A stretch of DNA of 64,000 nt from Vulcanimicrobiota bacterium (GCA_963714015.1 OY970223.1:3488001-3552000), one strand, 5' to 3'; positions 27,527 to 38,284 are shown, numbered from the stretch's first letter. Notes: generated by a model from the letters alone, not told the origin. Translations and numbers: made by a program.

Positions 27527-28928
27527 CGGGCGGCTCCGGTTGAGTTTGCTCCACCGGCGTGGACAGATTGACGCGAATCACCAAGACCGCGACGTCATCG
27601 CGCATCGCCTTGCCCGAGCGCTTTCGCGCTCGTTCGATGAGCCGGTTTGCCAGGACGTCGGGCTCTCCGCTTTCCTGTCCAATCCACTCCATTGCGCCTG
27701 CCGCTTCCAGCATGACGCCGTTCGTATCGCGCGACTCTGAGAGACCGTCCGTCGAGAGCACGATCTCGTCTCCGTCCTCCAAGTACAGCGTCTTGACTTG
27801 AAACGGCTCCTCCATGACGCCGAGGACCGGACCGGTGACCGCGAGTTGCTCCACCTCATGAGAACGACGGATAAAGGCTACGTCGTGCCCTGCGCTCGCG
27901 TAGTCGAAACGCAAAGTTTCCGTATCGAGAATTCCCACGAGCATGGAGACGAACAGATACGGGTTTTCAACGGTTTGAGGAAACGCCCGGTTAAACTCCT
28001 GGAGAATGAAACCGGGGTCGCGGCGGCGCAGCGCAATTCCGCGTATGGTGAATTTGATGAATGCGGTCAGCACCGCAGCGTCGACGCCTTTTCCGCTGAC
28101 GTCCGCAATGAGTATCAGGCCTAAACGATCCGAGAGCCGATGCACGTCGAATACGTCGCCGCCGACCGCCAAGTGGCTGCTCGCCGCGCCGTACGCGCTT
28201 CCGATGGTGCAGTTCGGCAAGGGCACGTGCTCGCTGCGGAACGCGCGCTGCAGTGTTTGCGTGGTCGTGCGTTCCTCTTCCAGTTCGCTCGTCAGACGCG
28301 ACCGCAAACCGTAGAACAAGATCGTGAGCACGCCGAAAACGCCCAGCCACAGCACCCGATCGAAGAGCGAACGGCTGATCTGCGATTGGGTGGATTGACG
28401 CACGCTCACGTTCTTGTCGCTCAGCACCTTGCCCAGGTAGTGGGCGGCCTCGTCCTGCGAACCGATGAGCTCCTTGCTGCGCGCGTCGAAGTCGCGAGGC
28501 GGCGTGCCCGGATGCGCCAGAAGGACGTCGGCGATTTCCGCATGCCACTGTTCGTGATACGATTTGTAGTCTGCGAGCGCGTTCTGTGCATCGGTAAGCC
28601 CCTCGTTCTTGAGCGTACGCTGAAGGCCGTTCAGCGCGCCGTAAAACTGCGCGCTGGTGTAGTTGAACGAGTCGATGTACGACGGATCGCGAGTGATGAC
28701 GTACGCATTCAAGTAGTTCTGCTCGTCGAGTTGAAGTTCGACCGTGCGAGCCAGATCGAGTTGACCGGCTTGAATCGCTTGCTGCTGGGCAAATGAGACG
28801 TCGATCGCCGCGCCGGTGCTCCATGCGCCTTCGATGGCAACGACGAGCGCAAATACCAAGATGACCGTGGCAGCAAGCGTGCCGGCACCGCGCAAAATCC
28901 GGGCGGGGAGCCGAGGAACGCGAATCAA
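27519..28928 (-). CDS. Membrane sensor PP2C/SpoIIE (RsbU-like) phosphatase with CHASE3-like periplasmic domain
   Basis: Two TMs around a helical domain; VGGDVFD, IADVSGKG, SAGH, STDGLSE, DDVAVL. Confidence 0.88.
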   Translation of the reverse strand: MIRVPRLPARILRGAGTLAATVILVFALVVAIEGAWSTGAAIDVSFAQQQAIQAGQLDLARTVELQLDEQNYLNAYVITRDPSYIDSFNYTSAQFYGALNGLQRTLKNEGLTDAQNALADYKSYHEQWHAEIADVLLAHPGTPPRDFDARSKELIGSQDEAAHYLGKVLSDKNVSVRQSTQSQISRSLFDRVLWLGVFGVLTILFYGLRSRLTSELEEERTTTQTLQRAFRSEHVPLPNCTIGSAYGAASSHLAVGGDVFDVHRLSDRLGLILIADVSGKGVDAAVLTAFIKFTIRGIALRRRDPGFILQEFNRAFPQTVENPYLFVSMLVGILDTETLRFDYASAGHDVAFIRRSHEVEQLAVTGPVLGVMEEPFQVKTLYLEDGDEIVLSTDGLSESRDTNGVMLEAAGAMEWIGQESGEPDVLANRLIERARKRSGKAMRDDVAVLVIRVNLSTPVEQTQPEPPDA

Positions 28929-29027
28929 GCGGCAAGCGCCTTCCGCTTTGCGACATTTGGCGCATCGGCCACGGAGCGCCCCCGCTTCCTAGGTCCGGAC
29001 AACCAAACCTCCGAAGCGTGGCTCGCT

Positions 29028-30377
29028 ATGCAGACGCGGTTGAATTCGGCGATTTTCAAGAGTTACGACGTTCGAGGTATATATCCGGCCGAACTGAACG
29101 AAGAGGTCGCTTACGGCATCGGACGCTGTTTCGTTTCGATGCTCGGCGCCAAGACCGTCGTAGCCGGACGCGACATGCGTCCGTCGGGCGAACGCCTCTT
29201 TGAGGCATTCGCGCGCGGCGCGACCGACGCGGGCGCGGACGTCACGGACGTCGGCATGCTTTCGACCGACGCGCTCTACTTTGCCGTCGGAAAATTCGGT
29301 TTCGACGGCGGCGTCATGATTACGGCCTCTCACAACCCCGCACAATACAACGGCATGAAGTTCACTCGCAGCGAAGCTCAAGCAATCTCGCTCGACACCG
29401 GGCTCTCTGAGATTCGCGACCGGATCGCTTCCGGAATCCTTCCGCCCAAAGCGGAAAAGCCGGGTACGATCGTTCGGCGCAACGTTCTGGACGAATTCGC
29501 GCAGCATTGCCTCTCTTTTATCGACCCGAAAAAGATCAAGCCGTTCAAGATCGCTATCGATGCCGGAAACGGGATGGCCGGGGAAACCGTTCCCCACGTG
29601 TTCAAACACCTTCCTTGCGAAGTCGTGCCGCTGTATTTCGAACTTAACGGAACCTTTCCAAACCACCCGGCCAGCCCCATTGAGCCCGAGAACATGGTCG
29701 ACCTTCAGGCGGCTGTCCGCAAACACGGCTGCGACTTGGGCGCCGCCTTCGACGGCGACGCCGATCGCATGTTCATCGTGGACGAAAAGGGCGATCTCAT
29801 AGACGGCAGCACCGTGACGGCTCTGGTCGCGCTCAATACGCTCAAGCGTTATCCCGGAAGCAAGATTCTCTACAACTTGATCTGCAGCCGCAGCGTGCCC
29901 GAGCTGATTAGTAAAAACGGCGGGATTCCCATTCGATCGCAAGTCGGGCATTCGCTTATCAAGAAGACGATGCGCGAGCAGGACGTCGTTTTTGGCGGCG
30001 AGCACAGCGGCCATTTCTATTTTCGCGACAACTGGTATGCCGACTCGGGCATGATCGCCCTCATGGAATGTTTGGAGCTTTTCAGCGAATCGGGTAAGCG
30101 CGTGAGCGACGTAATCACTCCGATCGACACTCGCTTTCGCTCGGGCGAAATCAACAGCACCGTCAAAGACATCCCCGCAAAGCTCGAGCAGATCGAATCG
30201 CACTACAAGGACGCGAGCATCGATCATCTCGACGGCGTCACGATCGCCTATCCGGATTGGTGGATGAACATCCGGCCGTCCAACACTGAACCGCTGCTGC
30301 GCTTGAACGTCGAGGGCGACACGAAGGAACTGATGGAGCGCCACCGCGACGAGGCGCTGGAGCTGATTCAAACCTGA
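29028..30377 (+). CDS. manB: Phosphomannomutase/phosphoglucomutase
   Basis: FKSYDVRG, ITASHNP, FDGDADR, GEHSGH, RPSNTEPLLRLNVE. Confidence 0.92.
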   Translation: MQTRLNSAIFKSYDVRGIYPAELNEEVAYGIGRCFVSMLGAKTVVAGRDMRPSGERLFEAFARGATDAGADVTDVGMLSTDALYFAVGKFGFDGGVMITASHNPAQYNGMKFTRSEAQAISLDTGLSEIRDRIASGILPPKAEKPGTIVRRNVLDEFAQHCLSFIDPKKIKPFKIAIDAGNGMAGETVPHVFKHLPCEVVPLYFELNGTFPNHPASPIEPENMVDLQAAVRKHGCDLGAAFDGDADRMFIVDEKGDLIDGSTVTALVALNTLKRYPGSKILYNLICSRSVPELISKNGGIPIRSQVGHSLIKKTMREQDVVFGGEHSGHFYFRDNWYADSGMIALMECLELFSESGKRVSDVITPIDTRFRSGEINSTVKDIPAKLEQIESHYKDASIDHLDGVTIAYPDWWMNIRPSNTEPLLRLNVEGDTKELMERHRDEALELIQT

Positions 30378-30421
30378 TCGATCAGTCGGCGATCGCGCGT
30401 TACGAAGAGACGCGCGTCGCA

Positions 30422-33055
30422 GTGCTCGAGGCGGTTCGTTCCCTCGAAGGACTCCTCGCCGAAGACGACCGGCCCGCGGTCACTTCGGCGCGCGAACGGT
30501 TGGAACGCGCAACGTTCACGCTTGCGGTCGTCGGTGAATTCTCGAGCGGAAAATCCTTTCTGCTCAACGCGCTGCTGGGACAGTTTCGCTTGGAACGCGA
30601 GGGGAGCCGCGAGGAGATCGTCGGGCTGCTGGCCACGGACATCAATCCCTCGACGGCGACCATTACGGAGCTGCAATACGCGGACCAGCCGCAAGCGCAC
30701 GCCTATCACCCGGATGGTCGCGTAGAACGCGTCCCGCTCGATCGTCTTTCGCACTTCGTCGCTTCGGATGAGGGCGCTCCGACCCGCGTGGTAGTCGAAG
30801 TCGACTCGCCGTTTTTACGCCGCGGCTTCACGGTGGCGGACACGCCTGGTCTTGCGTCGATAAACCCCGCGCACCGCCGCGCGACCCTGCAGTTTCTGCC
30901 CGGCGCGGACGCCGTGCTCTACCTGATCGATACCCAGCAGCCTTTCTCGGAAGGGGACGCTTCGTTTCTGGGAATCATCCGGCAGCATCTGGACACGATC
31001 TTCATCGTTCAGACCAAGATCGATCTGTGGGAAAGCCCGACCGCGAGCGGTATTCCCCAGTGGCAGGCGGCGCGGCACCGGATCGAGCAGCTCGCGGCGA
31101 TTCACGCGCCCCAAACATACGTCTACGCCATCTCCGCCCGGCGCTATGTCGAAGGCATTCTGCGCGAGGATCGGGCCGCCGTCGAAGAATCGCGCTTTGA
31201 CAAGTTCCTCAGTGCGCTCGATGCATCGCTCGTGCGCAATACCGGTCGCGCGCGGCTGCGGCGGGCGCGCGATCAGGTAGCCCAGGCAGCATCGGACACC
31301 GTGAGCCGCTTGCAGCGCGACGTCGAAATGCTCGCGCTGGGCGTTCAGACGCTGCGCGAACGGCGGTCGCAAGCGCAAGCGGGAATCGCCGGCTTGGAGT
31401 CGTTCGTCGCGCAGGCAAAGACGCAGGCGATCGACGCCGCCGATCGCACCCTGGAGGCTTTGAAAGAACGCGGAACGCTGCTCGCAGCCGACGCCCAGCG
31501 CGCCCTTTCTCAAGCTTTCGACGTAACCGACGTGGCGCGTCTTCGCGACCGGCCTCGCCTGCATATTCTGGTCGACCGGCGACTGGGCGAATCGGTCGAG
31601 CAGTTTGCGCAAGAGGTTTCCGCCGCCGTGGCTGCAGACTATTCGCGCGCAATTTCGGAGGCCAAAGAACGGTTGCCGATTCGATTCTCGTTCGGACACG
31701 CCGCTGCTCAGGCTTTCGGAAGCAGCGGACAGAGCAACCTCTGGTCGGAAAATCCGCAGCAGGCGCTGGCGGCGACCATCGTACTGGACGCCATCGGCGG
31801 CCCGGCGATATCGCTGGTCGAGCTCGTTTCCGCCGGATTTGCCGGAAAAGCGCAAGGCGCGTACATGAAGCGCGAGCTCGTGGCGGATCTGCGCGCGACG
31901 ATCTGGCCGCGGTTTCAGACGGAGATGGAAGCGTTCGCCGAAGGGGTCGCCGGCCGCATCTGCGAGATCGCGCACGCTTACGCCGCCGCTTTGCAAAACG
32001 CGCTCGAACACGAGCGCGACAAGGCGCTGGGGAGTATCGATCGCGCTTTGGATATCCTGGAACGCGGAGGCGATTCCGCTGCTTGCACGAGTTCGTTACT
32101 CGTGCAGAAGGAAGCGATCGAACGCGCAGCCCAGCGTCTGGAAGAACGTCTCGAACCGTTCTTTTCGCGCACGGAGGAGATCGGCGTGGCCGATCCGGGA
32201 GCTGAAGCCGTGCGGCGCGCGCATGCCGCCGAAGAGTTCGACCGCGAAGCCTACCAGCGCGGGCTTCGTCCGCAACGGTGGCGCGTTACGGTGCTCGGTG
32301 CACTTCGACGCGGAAAGTCCAGCCTCATCAACGCATTCGCCGGCCGGCGCGTGCTCGCGGACGAGATCGCCGGAGAGATATCCTATCCCGTTCACGTACG
32401 CTACGGTGATGAAGAAAGCGCCTTCGCCCTAAGCCCGGACGGTGCTTGGCAAGAGATCGAGATCGAATCGGCCCTGGACGAGGCGACGCGCAACCCCGTA
32501 CTGATTCTCACGCCGTGGAAGCTGCCGCGCGAACTCGTCTTGGTGCACGCCCCGGCCTTCGACGCAGGAGACGAGACGCTCGAAGACGTCTGCGTGGTTG
32601 CGGCGCGCGCGTCGAGCGAAGTGCTCTGCCTTTTTTCACGTCAGCTCTCCGATCGAGAACTCGCACTCTATCAACGCGTAGCGGAACTCGGTAAGCCGAT
32701 GATGTTCGCGCACACCCTTGCCGACAACGAGTCGCCCGCCGAACGGCGTCACGTCGTCGACCTTGCCGGGGAGTATCTGCGAGAACGAACGATTCCGGCT
32801 CAGCGAATCTTTACGGTCTCCACCCTTGAGTATGCGCAAGCCAAGCGGGAGCACCGCGCTGCCGCCGGATGGAACGAGCTCGACGCTTTAATTTCCACCG
32901 TGACGGCTCATGCCGAAGAACACATGGTCCGCCTCGAGCGCTTGGAGCGCGCCGCGGCGCAGTCCGAGCCGTCCGCCTCGACTCCGGCGGAACAAGCGGC
33001 CGCCTCCAAACCGCGCGGACTCTTGGCACGGCTGTCGAATTTCGGTAAACGCTAA
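30422..33055 (+). CDS. Bacterial dynamin-like protein with two tandem GTPase domains (possible earlier CTG start at 30374)
   Basis: Domain 1: GEFSSGKS, PSTATIT, DTPG, TKID. Helical stalk. Domain 2: GALRRGKS with degenerate G3 (HAPA) and G4 (TLAD). Confidence 0.85.
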   Translation: MLEAVRSLEGLLAEDDRPAVTSARERLERATFTLAVVGEFSSGKSFLLNALLGQFRLEREGSREEIVGLLATDINPSTATITELQYADQPQAHAYHPDGRVERVPLDRLSHFVASDEGAPTRVVVEVDSPFLRRGFTVADTPGLASINPAHRRATLQFLPGADAVLYLIDTQQPFSEGDASFLGIIRQHLDTIFIVQTKIDLWESPTASGIPQWQAARHRIEQLAAIHAPQTYVYAISARRYVEGILREDRAAVEESRFDKFLSALDASLVRNTGRARLRRARDQVAQAASDTVSRLQRDVEMLALGVQTLRERRSQAQAGIAGLESFVAQAKTQAIDAADRTLEALKERGTLLAADAQRALSQAFDVTDVARLRDRPRLHILVDRRLGESVEQFAQEVSAAVAADYSRAISEAKERLPIRFSFGHAAAQAFGSSGQSNLWSENPQQALAATIVLDAIGGPAISLVELVSAGFAGKAQGAYMKRELVADLRATIWPRFQTEMEAFAEGVAGRICEIAHAYAAALQNALEHERDKALGSIDRALDILERGGDSAACTSSLLVQKEAIERAAQRLEERLEPFFSRTEEIGVADPGAEAVRRAHAAEEFDREAYQRGLRPQRWRVTVLGALRRGKSSLINAFAGRRVLADEIAGEISYPVHVRYGDEESAFALSPDGAWQEIEIESALDEATRNPVLILTPWKLPRELVLVHAPAFDAGDETLEDVCVVAARASSEVLCLFSRQLSDRELALYQRVAELGKPMMFAHTLADNESPAERRHVVDLAGEYLRERTIPAQRIFTVSTLEYAQAKREHRAAAGWNELDALISTVTAHAEEHMVRLERLERAAAQSEPSASTPAEQAAASKPRGLLARLSNFGKR

Positions 33056-33056
33056 G

Positions 33057-34223
33057 ATGGAGTCTCGTCCCGCACTCGACCGTTTTATACTCGGCCCAGC
33101 CGCGATTGCGCTTGGCGACGGCCAGTCCACATACGGTCGGGTTGCCGTCGAGCGCGGGCGCATCCGCGAGATCTTACCGGGTGACGGAGCCGGAGACTTT
33201 CCGCTCCCGGCCGGAACGCACATTGCACCAGGCCTCATCGACGTGCATACGAACGGCGCCGGCGAGTTTTTGTTCAACCGCGATCAGGGATACGCCGTTC
33301 CGGTCGCCGCAACGGAATACGCGCGTCAGGGAACGACCGGTTTCGTCGCCGGCATCATGACCGCGCCGTGGGAATCGATGCTGCACGCGGCGGCGGAAGT
33401 CGCCGAAGCGGCGCATCAACTCGAAGAGAACACGCCCATGGGCGCGCGCTGCTTGGGAATCCATTTCGAGGGGCCGTTCCTCAATCCAAAGTTCCGGCGA
33501 GTTCACCAGCAAGCATGGATCATTCCGGCGAGCACCGGGCACGCGAAGGCGCTGCTCGAGGCGTGCAAAGGCGCTTGCGTCATGGTAACGTTAGCGCCCG
33601 AGATCGAGGGCGCGACGGACGCCGCCCGCGTATTTCTTGAAAACGGCATCGTGTGCTCTGCGGGTCACACCGGCGCGCGCTATCGCGAAGGAATGCTCGC
33701 CATCGGTTTGGGATTCCGCTCGCTCACGCACGCGTTCAACGCGATGCCGCCGCTCGATCATCGCGACCCGTCGATTTTAGCAGCGTTCATTCAAGACACG
33801 CGCACGAGCGTTCAACTGATCTGCGACGGCCATCACGTAGCGCCGGTCATGGTCGACATTCTGCATCGCACGCTGCACGATCGCATCGTGCTGACGACCG
33901 ACAACATGCCGCCCGCGGGACCGGGATACCACATCGAGGGCGGCGTCATGCGTTCCGAGGACGGGACGATCGCGGGCAGCGCGCTGCGCATGGATGAGGG
34001 CCTGCGCAACTTCATGGCCTACACCGAGCTTCCGTTCGCGCGAGCGGTGCAAGCCGCGACATACGCACCGGCCAAGTTAATCGGCCTCGAGCGCGAGATC
34101 GGGCGTATCGCCCCGGGACTGCGCGCCGATTTGTCGTTTTGGGACAATGAATTCTCGGTCATCGGAACCATGGTCGGCGGCTTGAGCGTTTACGGCGCCA
34201 TCGGCTCCCGCGCCGCCGCATAG
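33057..34223 (+). CDS. nagA: N-acetylglucosamine-6-phosphate deacetylase
   Basis: PGLIDVHTNG, GIHFEGPFL, TLAPE, THAFNAM, ICDGHH, IAGS. Confidence 0.92.
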   Translation: MESRPALDRFILGPAAIALGDGQSTYGRVAVERGRIREILPGDGAGDFPLPAGTHIAPGLIDVHTNGAGEFLFNRDQGYAVPVAATEYARQGTTGFVAGIMTAPWESMLHAAAEVAEAAHQLEENTPMGARCLGIHFEGPFLNPKFRRVHQQAWIIPASTGHAKALLEACKGACVMVTLAPEIEGATDAARVFLENGIVCSAGHTGARYREGMLAIGLGFRSLTHAFNAMPPLDHRDPSILAAFIQDTRTSVQLICDGHHVAPVMVDILHRTLHDRIVLTTDNMPPAGPGYHIEGGVMRSEDGTIAGSALRMDEGLRNFMAYTELPFARAVQAATYAPAKLIGLEREIGRIAPGLRADLSFWDNEFSVIGTMVGGLSVYGAIGSRAAA

Positions 34224-34364
34224 GAACCTCTTTCCCGCAACCCAGGACACCTCGAAAAAGGCCGCTCCTGCCGCCGGCATAATGTATCGTTAATCGTGTT
34301 TCAGTAAAGTAGTGCTGCTGATGCTTTATCTTCGCATCGATGACGACGAGCTTTAGGAGTGTAC

Positions 34365-35415
34365 GTGCGCAAGTTCACCGCAGTAGTATTGACGGGCCTG
34401 ATTTCGGCTTGCGGCGCTTCGGCGTTTGCCGCCACTAAATTGGTAGAGACCGGGTCCACACTGCTTTATCCGCTGACGAATCTGTGGGTCTCGGCCTACC
34501 AGCAGCACCACGCCGGCGTACAGATCACGACGCAAGGCACGGGCAGTGGGGCGGGCATCTCCCAGGCGATCTCCGGCGTTGCGCAGATTGGGGCTTCGGA
34601 CGCCTACATGTCCGACTCGCAAGAGAGACAGTTGAAAATGCTCAACATTCCGCTTGCAATCAGCGCGCAGCAGATCAACTACAATATCCCCGGCCTCAAT
34701 AACGTTCATTTAAACTTTTCCGGCCCGGTACTGGCCGGAATCTATAACGGCGGCATCCAGTATTGGGACGATTCCAAGATCGAAGCGATCAATCGGCAGT
34801 ACGCGTCTAAATTGCCCCACCAGCACATCATTCCGATTCACCGCGCGGACGGTTCGGGCGACACGTTTATCTTTACGCAGTATCTCTCGTTTTCGACACC
34901 CTCATGGAACAGGGGGCCCGGCTACGGCACGACGGTCAGCTGGCCTTCGGTTTCCGGCGGGGTGGGCGCTACGGGAAACCCCGGCATGGTGCAAGCCTGT
35001 CAGGGCACGCAGTACTCCATCGCTTACATCGGTGTAAGTTTTCTCAACCAGACCAACGCGGCGCATCTGGGCTACGCTCAGCTTCAAAATCGTTCCGGTA
35101 AGTTCGTGCTGCCGGCGCCGAGCAATATCTCCTCTGCGGCCAACGCGCTCAGCAGTAAGACGCCCGGCGACGAACGTATCTCGCTCGTCTTTGCCCCGGG
35201 CCCAAGTTCGTATCCGATCGTCAATTACGAATACGCTATCGTGAACCCGCGTCAAAGCGACGGCGCGACGAAAGCGGCGCTCCAAGCCTTCCTCCGATGG
35301 GCGGTCAGTTCCGGGGGCGGCAACAGCATGCACTTCCTCAATAGCGTGCACTTCCTGCCGCTGCCCGGCGCCATTCGCAAGACTGAGTTTGAACCAAATC
35401 TCGCAGATTCAATAG
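34365..35415 (+). CDS. pstS: Phosphate ABC transporter substrate-binding protein (+1 frameshift ~35382 gives a false fusion to pstC)
   Basis: ETGSTLLYPL, GTGSGAG, HRADGSGDTFIFTQYL, YPIVNYEY. Removing one base gives the natural end AIRKLSLNQISQIQ-TAG at 35413-35415. Confidence 0.9.
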
Positions 35416-35439
35416 CATTGCAAGCAGTGAATGCGCGCA

Positions 35440-35459
35440 AGGGGCGGCCCTTCGCCCCT
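35440..35459 (+). promoter_or_regulatory. Intercistronic hairpin between pstS and pstC
   Basis: AGGGGCGG-CCCT-TCGCCCCT directly after the restored pstS stop; supports separate genes. Confidence 0.45.
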
Positions 35460-35480
35460 CCTCGCGACCCGGTTTTCTCC

Positions 35481-36422
35481 GTGCAATCCGAACGCAGCCA
35501 GGGCCTGCTTCGATTTGCGTTCGGCTCGATGGCGGCGATCAGCGTGGCGATCGTCGCACTGATTCTGATATTTCTCATCCACTTTTCGTTCCAAGCAATC
35601 AAGTTCAACGGCCTGGGGATCATTACGTCGGGTACGTGGAATATCGGAAACCAATACGCCTCGGGAACCATCACGCACAACGGGGTAACGGCCGAACCCG
35701 GTGCCCAGTTCGGCGGACTTGTCTTTATCCTCGGAACGATCGCGTCGTCCGCGCTTGCTCTTGCCGGCGCCGTTCCGCTTGCAATTTTGGTCGCTCTCGC
35801 CCTCGTCTACCGGATTCCGCGCAAGATCCGTCCTGCAGCGAACTCGCTGGTCGAATTGATGGCGGGAGTTCCCAGCGTCGTGTACGGGCTTTGGGGTGTC
35901 GTCGTGCTGGTCCCCTGGATCGCGAAAACCTTCGCGCCTTCCGCCGGAAGCGGATACGGTTTGCTCGCTGCCGCAGTCGTGCTGCTGCTCATGATCCTTC
36001 CGATTATGGCCGCCACGATGCGCGACGTCATCACCGCGCAGACGCCGGCGATCTTTGAAGCCAGCATGGCGCTGGGAAGTTCCTCGTGGCAGGCCGTCAC
36101 GCGCGCGGTCATTCCGAGCGTAAGGACCGGCATGGTTGCTTCGGTACTCGTCGCGCTCGGGCGCGCGCTGGGCGAAACCATGGCGGTGCTGATGGTTTGC
36201 GGCGCCGCAATAAACACGTTTCCCTCGAACGTCTTTCAGCCCGTTAACACGATCGCCGCGGTAATCGTCTCCCAACTGGACTCGGCGCTTACCGACTCCA
36301 GCGGCATCGCGCAAAAGTCACTAGCCGAATTGGCGCTGCTGCTGTTCATCATCACGCTTACCGTCAACATGATCGCGCGCGCTGCGCTGCGCGGCGGCGA
36401 TCGGGGGGCCGCAGAGGGATGA
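35481..36422 (+). CDS. pstC: Phosphate ABC transporter permease PstC (start approximate)
   Basis: ELMAGVPSVVYGLWG, EASMALG, LGRALGETMAVLMV. Confidence 0.9.
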   Translation: MQSERSQGLLRFAFGSMAAISVAIVALILIFLIHFSFQAIKFNGLGIITSGTWNIGNQYASGTITHNGVTAEPGAQFGGLVFILGTIASSALALAGAVPLAILVALALVYRIPRKIRPAANSLVELMAGVPSVVYGLWGVVVLVPWIAKTFAPSAGSGYGLLAAAVVLLLMILPIMAATMRDVITAQTPAIFEASMALGSSSWQAVTRAVIPSVRTGMVASVLVALGRALGETMAVLMVCGAAINTFPSNVFQPVNTIAAVIVSQLDSALTDSSGIAQKSLAELALLLFIITLTVNMIARAALRGGDRGAAEG

Positions 36423-37285
36423 TGCGTGCCGGCGCTCTGAGCAGTTGGAACGTGCGCCGCTTCGTGTCCACGTCGATGTGGGGACTGAGCTTGGCCGCAC
36501 TGGCAGGCGCCATCGGCGCGCTGCTCTTCATCTTCTTCTTCGTGCTCGTACGGGGTGTCCCGGCGTTGCGCCCGCAGACGTTCGTTACAATCACGAACGG
36601 CGTCGCCGGCGGTTTGGCGAACGCGATCAGCGGAACGCTGCTGCTGGTTGCGATCAGCGTTGTGCTGGCTACGGTAATCGGTGTCGGCACTGCCGTGTGG
36701 ATCGTCGAATTCGGCGGAGTCCGAGCGAAGTGGTTCGTCCGTTTTTGGATCGACGTGCTCGCCGGCGTCCCCTCAATCGTAGTCGGATATTTTCTCTACG
36801 TGGCGCTCGTCGAAGATCTCGGCTGGGGATTCTCGCTGATCGCAGGCGCATTCGCACTGGCCATCATCATGCTGCCGTACATCATCCGCAGCGCCGACTT
36901 GGCGCTTTCTGCGGTGCCGCCGGATTTGCGGGAAGGGGCCGTCGCACTGGGTGCGCGGCGCGGCATGGTTTTGTTCAGCATCACGATGCCTTGGGCGCTG
37001 CCCGGCGTGCTGACCGGCGTGCTCGTGGCAATGGGCATCGCGCTCGGAGAGACCGCTCCGCTGATCTATACCGCCGGCTGGTCGAACTATATGCCGTCGC
37101 TTGCGCCGACGCACTCGCCGGTCGGTTATCTCACGTACGTCGTCTGGACATTCATCAGTCAGCCGTTTGCGGAATCGCACGCGCTTGCGTATGCCGCCGC
37201 GGCGCTGCTGATGCTCTTCGTATTCGTGACGAACTTGCTCTCACGCGTCGCGCTGGAATACTGGGCGGCCCGGCGCTCGCGATAG
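36419..37285 (+). CDS. pstA: Phosphate ABC transporter permease PstA
   Basis: GGLANAISGT, LAGVPSIVVG, LREGAVALGA, GETAPLIYT. Confidence 0.92.
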   Translation: MMRAGALSSWNVRRFVSTSMWGLSLAALAGAIGALLFIFFFVLVRGVPALRPQTFVTITNGVAGGLANAISGTLLLVAISVVLATVIGVGTAVWIVEFGGVRAKWFVRFWIDVLAGVPSIVVGYFLYVALVEDLGWGFSLIAGAFALAIIMLPYIIRSADLALSAVPPDLREGAVALGARRGMVLFSITMPWALPGVLTGVLVAMGIALGETAPLIYTAGWSNYMPSLAPTHSPVGYLTYVVWTFISQPFAESHALAYAAAALLMLFVFVTNLLSRVALEYWAARRSR

Positions 37286-37286
37286 A

Positions 37287-38174
37287 CTACTCTCGAACGA
37301 TCGCTCCGCCTCCCACCGCGGCTTGGAGGCGTCTTTCCAAAAACGCCGATCGGAGCATCATCACCGCTGCGTAAATTACGACGACGACGACGAGCCAGCG
37401 AACCCACGTGAGGTCAAGGCTTTTCACGATGAACGCGGCGGCCAGCACGCCGGGAATACCGCCGACAGCAAGCCCCAGAGCGGCTTTAAGAGAGTATGCA
37501 TCGAAGCGGATGAAACGCGCGCTCGCGACCGGCATCAAAAACGCGCAGGAACCCATCATGATGGGAAACGCCGCTTTGGGATTCATGCCGAGCAGACTGA
37601 GCATGATCATGCACGGCGCATAAAGCCCGATCCCAAGCGTCATGAGCGCGCCGAGAACGAAATTTCCCAAGATAGCGATCCAGAAGAGCGTGCCGTGCAA
37701 TCCAAGAACGGCGCCGTTCGCGGGATGAAAGTTGACGATGAACAATCCAGCCGCCGCAAGCAACGCTGCACCCATGCCCACTTGAATGTATCGTCGCGGC
37801 CAGCGGGCGACGACGCCGGCGCCAAGCCACGATCCCGCGATCGCCGATGCGATCAGCGAGACGAGCGTCAACGGATCGACTCTCACGATTCCGATGTAAA
37901 TGAGCGCTTCGGCAATCGTCGGAAGCGTGTGTCCGACGTTCAACGTTCCGGGAATACTTTCGTCTGGAACCAGTTTCCAGAATTTGAACATCGACGTCGT
38001 GACCGCGAACGAGCCGATTCCCAACGTATCGAGGAAGTCCGTGATGAATCCGACGAGAAGCTGCAGCGGAGCCGGCGTCTTCAGACCCGATCGCGCTATC
38101 TCTACGCCCCAAAAGACCACGAACGAGATCGCTATGAGGCCAAGAAGAACGAGGAGAACGGAGATCACGCTCAT
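37287..38174 (-). CDS. TauE/SafE-family sulfite exporter-like membrane protein
   Basis: GFITDFLDTLGIGSFA, IPGTLNVG, AFPIMMGSCAFLMP; multiple TMs. Confidence 0.75.
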   Translation of the reverse strand: MSVISVLLVLLGLIAISFVVFWGVEIARSGLKTPAPLQLLVGFITDFLDTLGIGSFAVTTSMFKFWKLVPDESIPGTLNVGHTLPTIAEALIYIGIVRVDPLTLVSLIASAIAGSWLGAGVVARWPRRYIQVGMGAALLAAAGLFIVNFHPANGAVLGLHGTLFWIAILGNFVLGALMTLGIGLYAPCMIMLSLLGMNPKAAFPIMMGSCAFLMPVASARFIRFDAYSLKAALGLAVGGIPGVLAAAFIVKSLDLTWVRWLVVVVVIYAAVMMLRSAFLERRLQAAVGGGAIVRE

Positions 38175-38284
38175 CGGCGATTAGTCCACCGGCTCGGCCG
38201 CTTAACCCTGCGCCCGTCACCCGCCCCGCGCGCAAGCCGAGGCCAACAGCCTAACCAGGCTGAGCGTAAAGGCTCAGGATGACG

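Noticed and set aside
34270..34350. PHO box upstream of pstS
   Set aside because: AT-rich, but I could not find convincing 11-bp-period direct repeats.
34359..36422. 687-aa PstS-PstC fusion in the ORF track
   Set aside because: Deleting one base at ~35382 gives a natural PstS end and stop at 35415 followed by an intercistronic hairpin. It matches the window-wide +1 error pattern.
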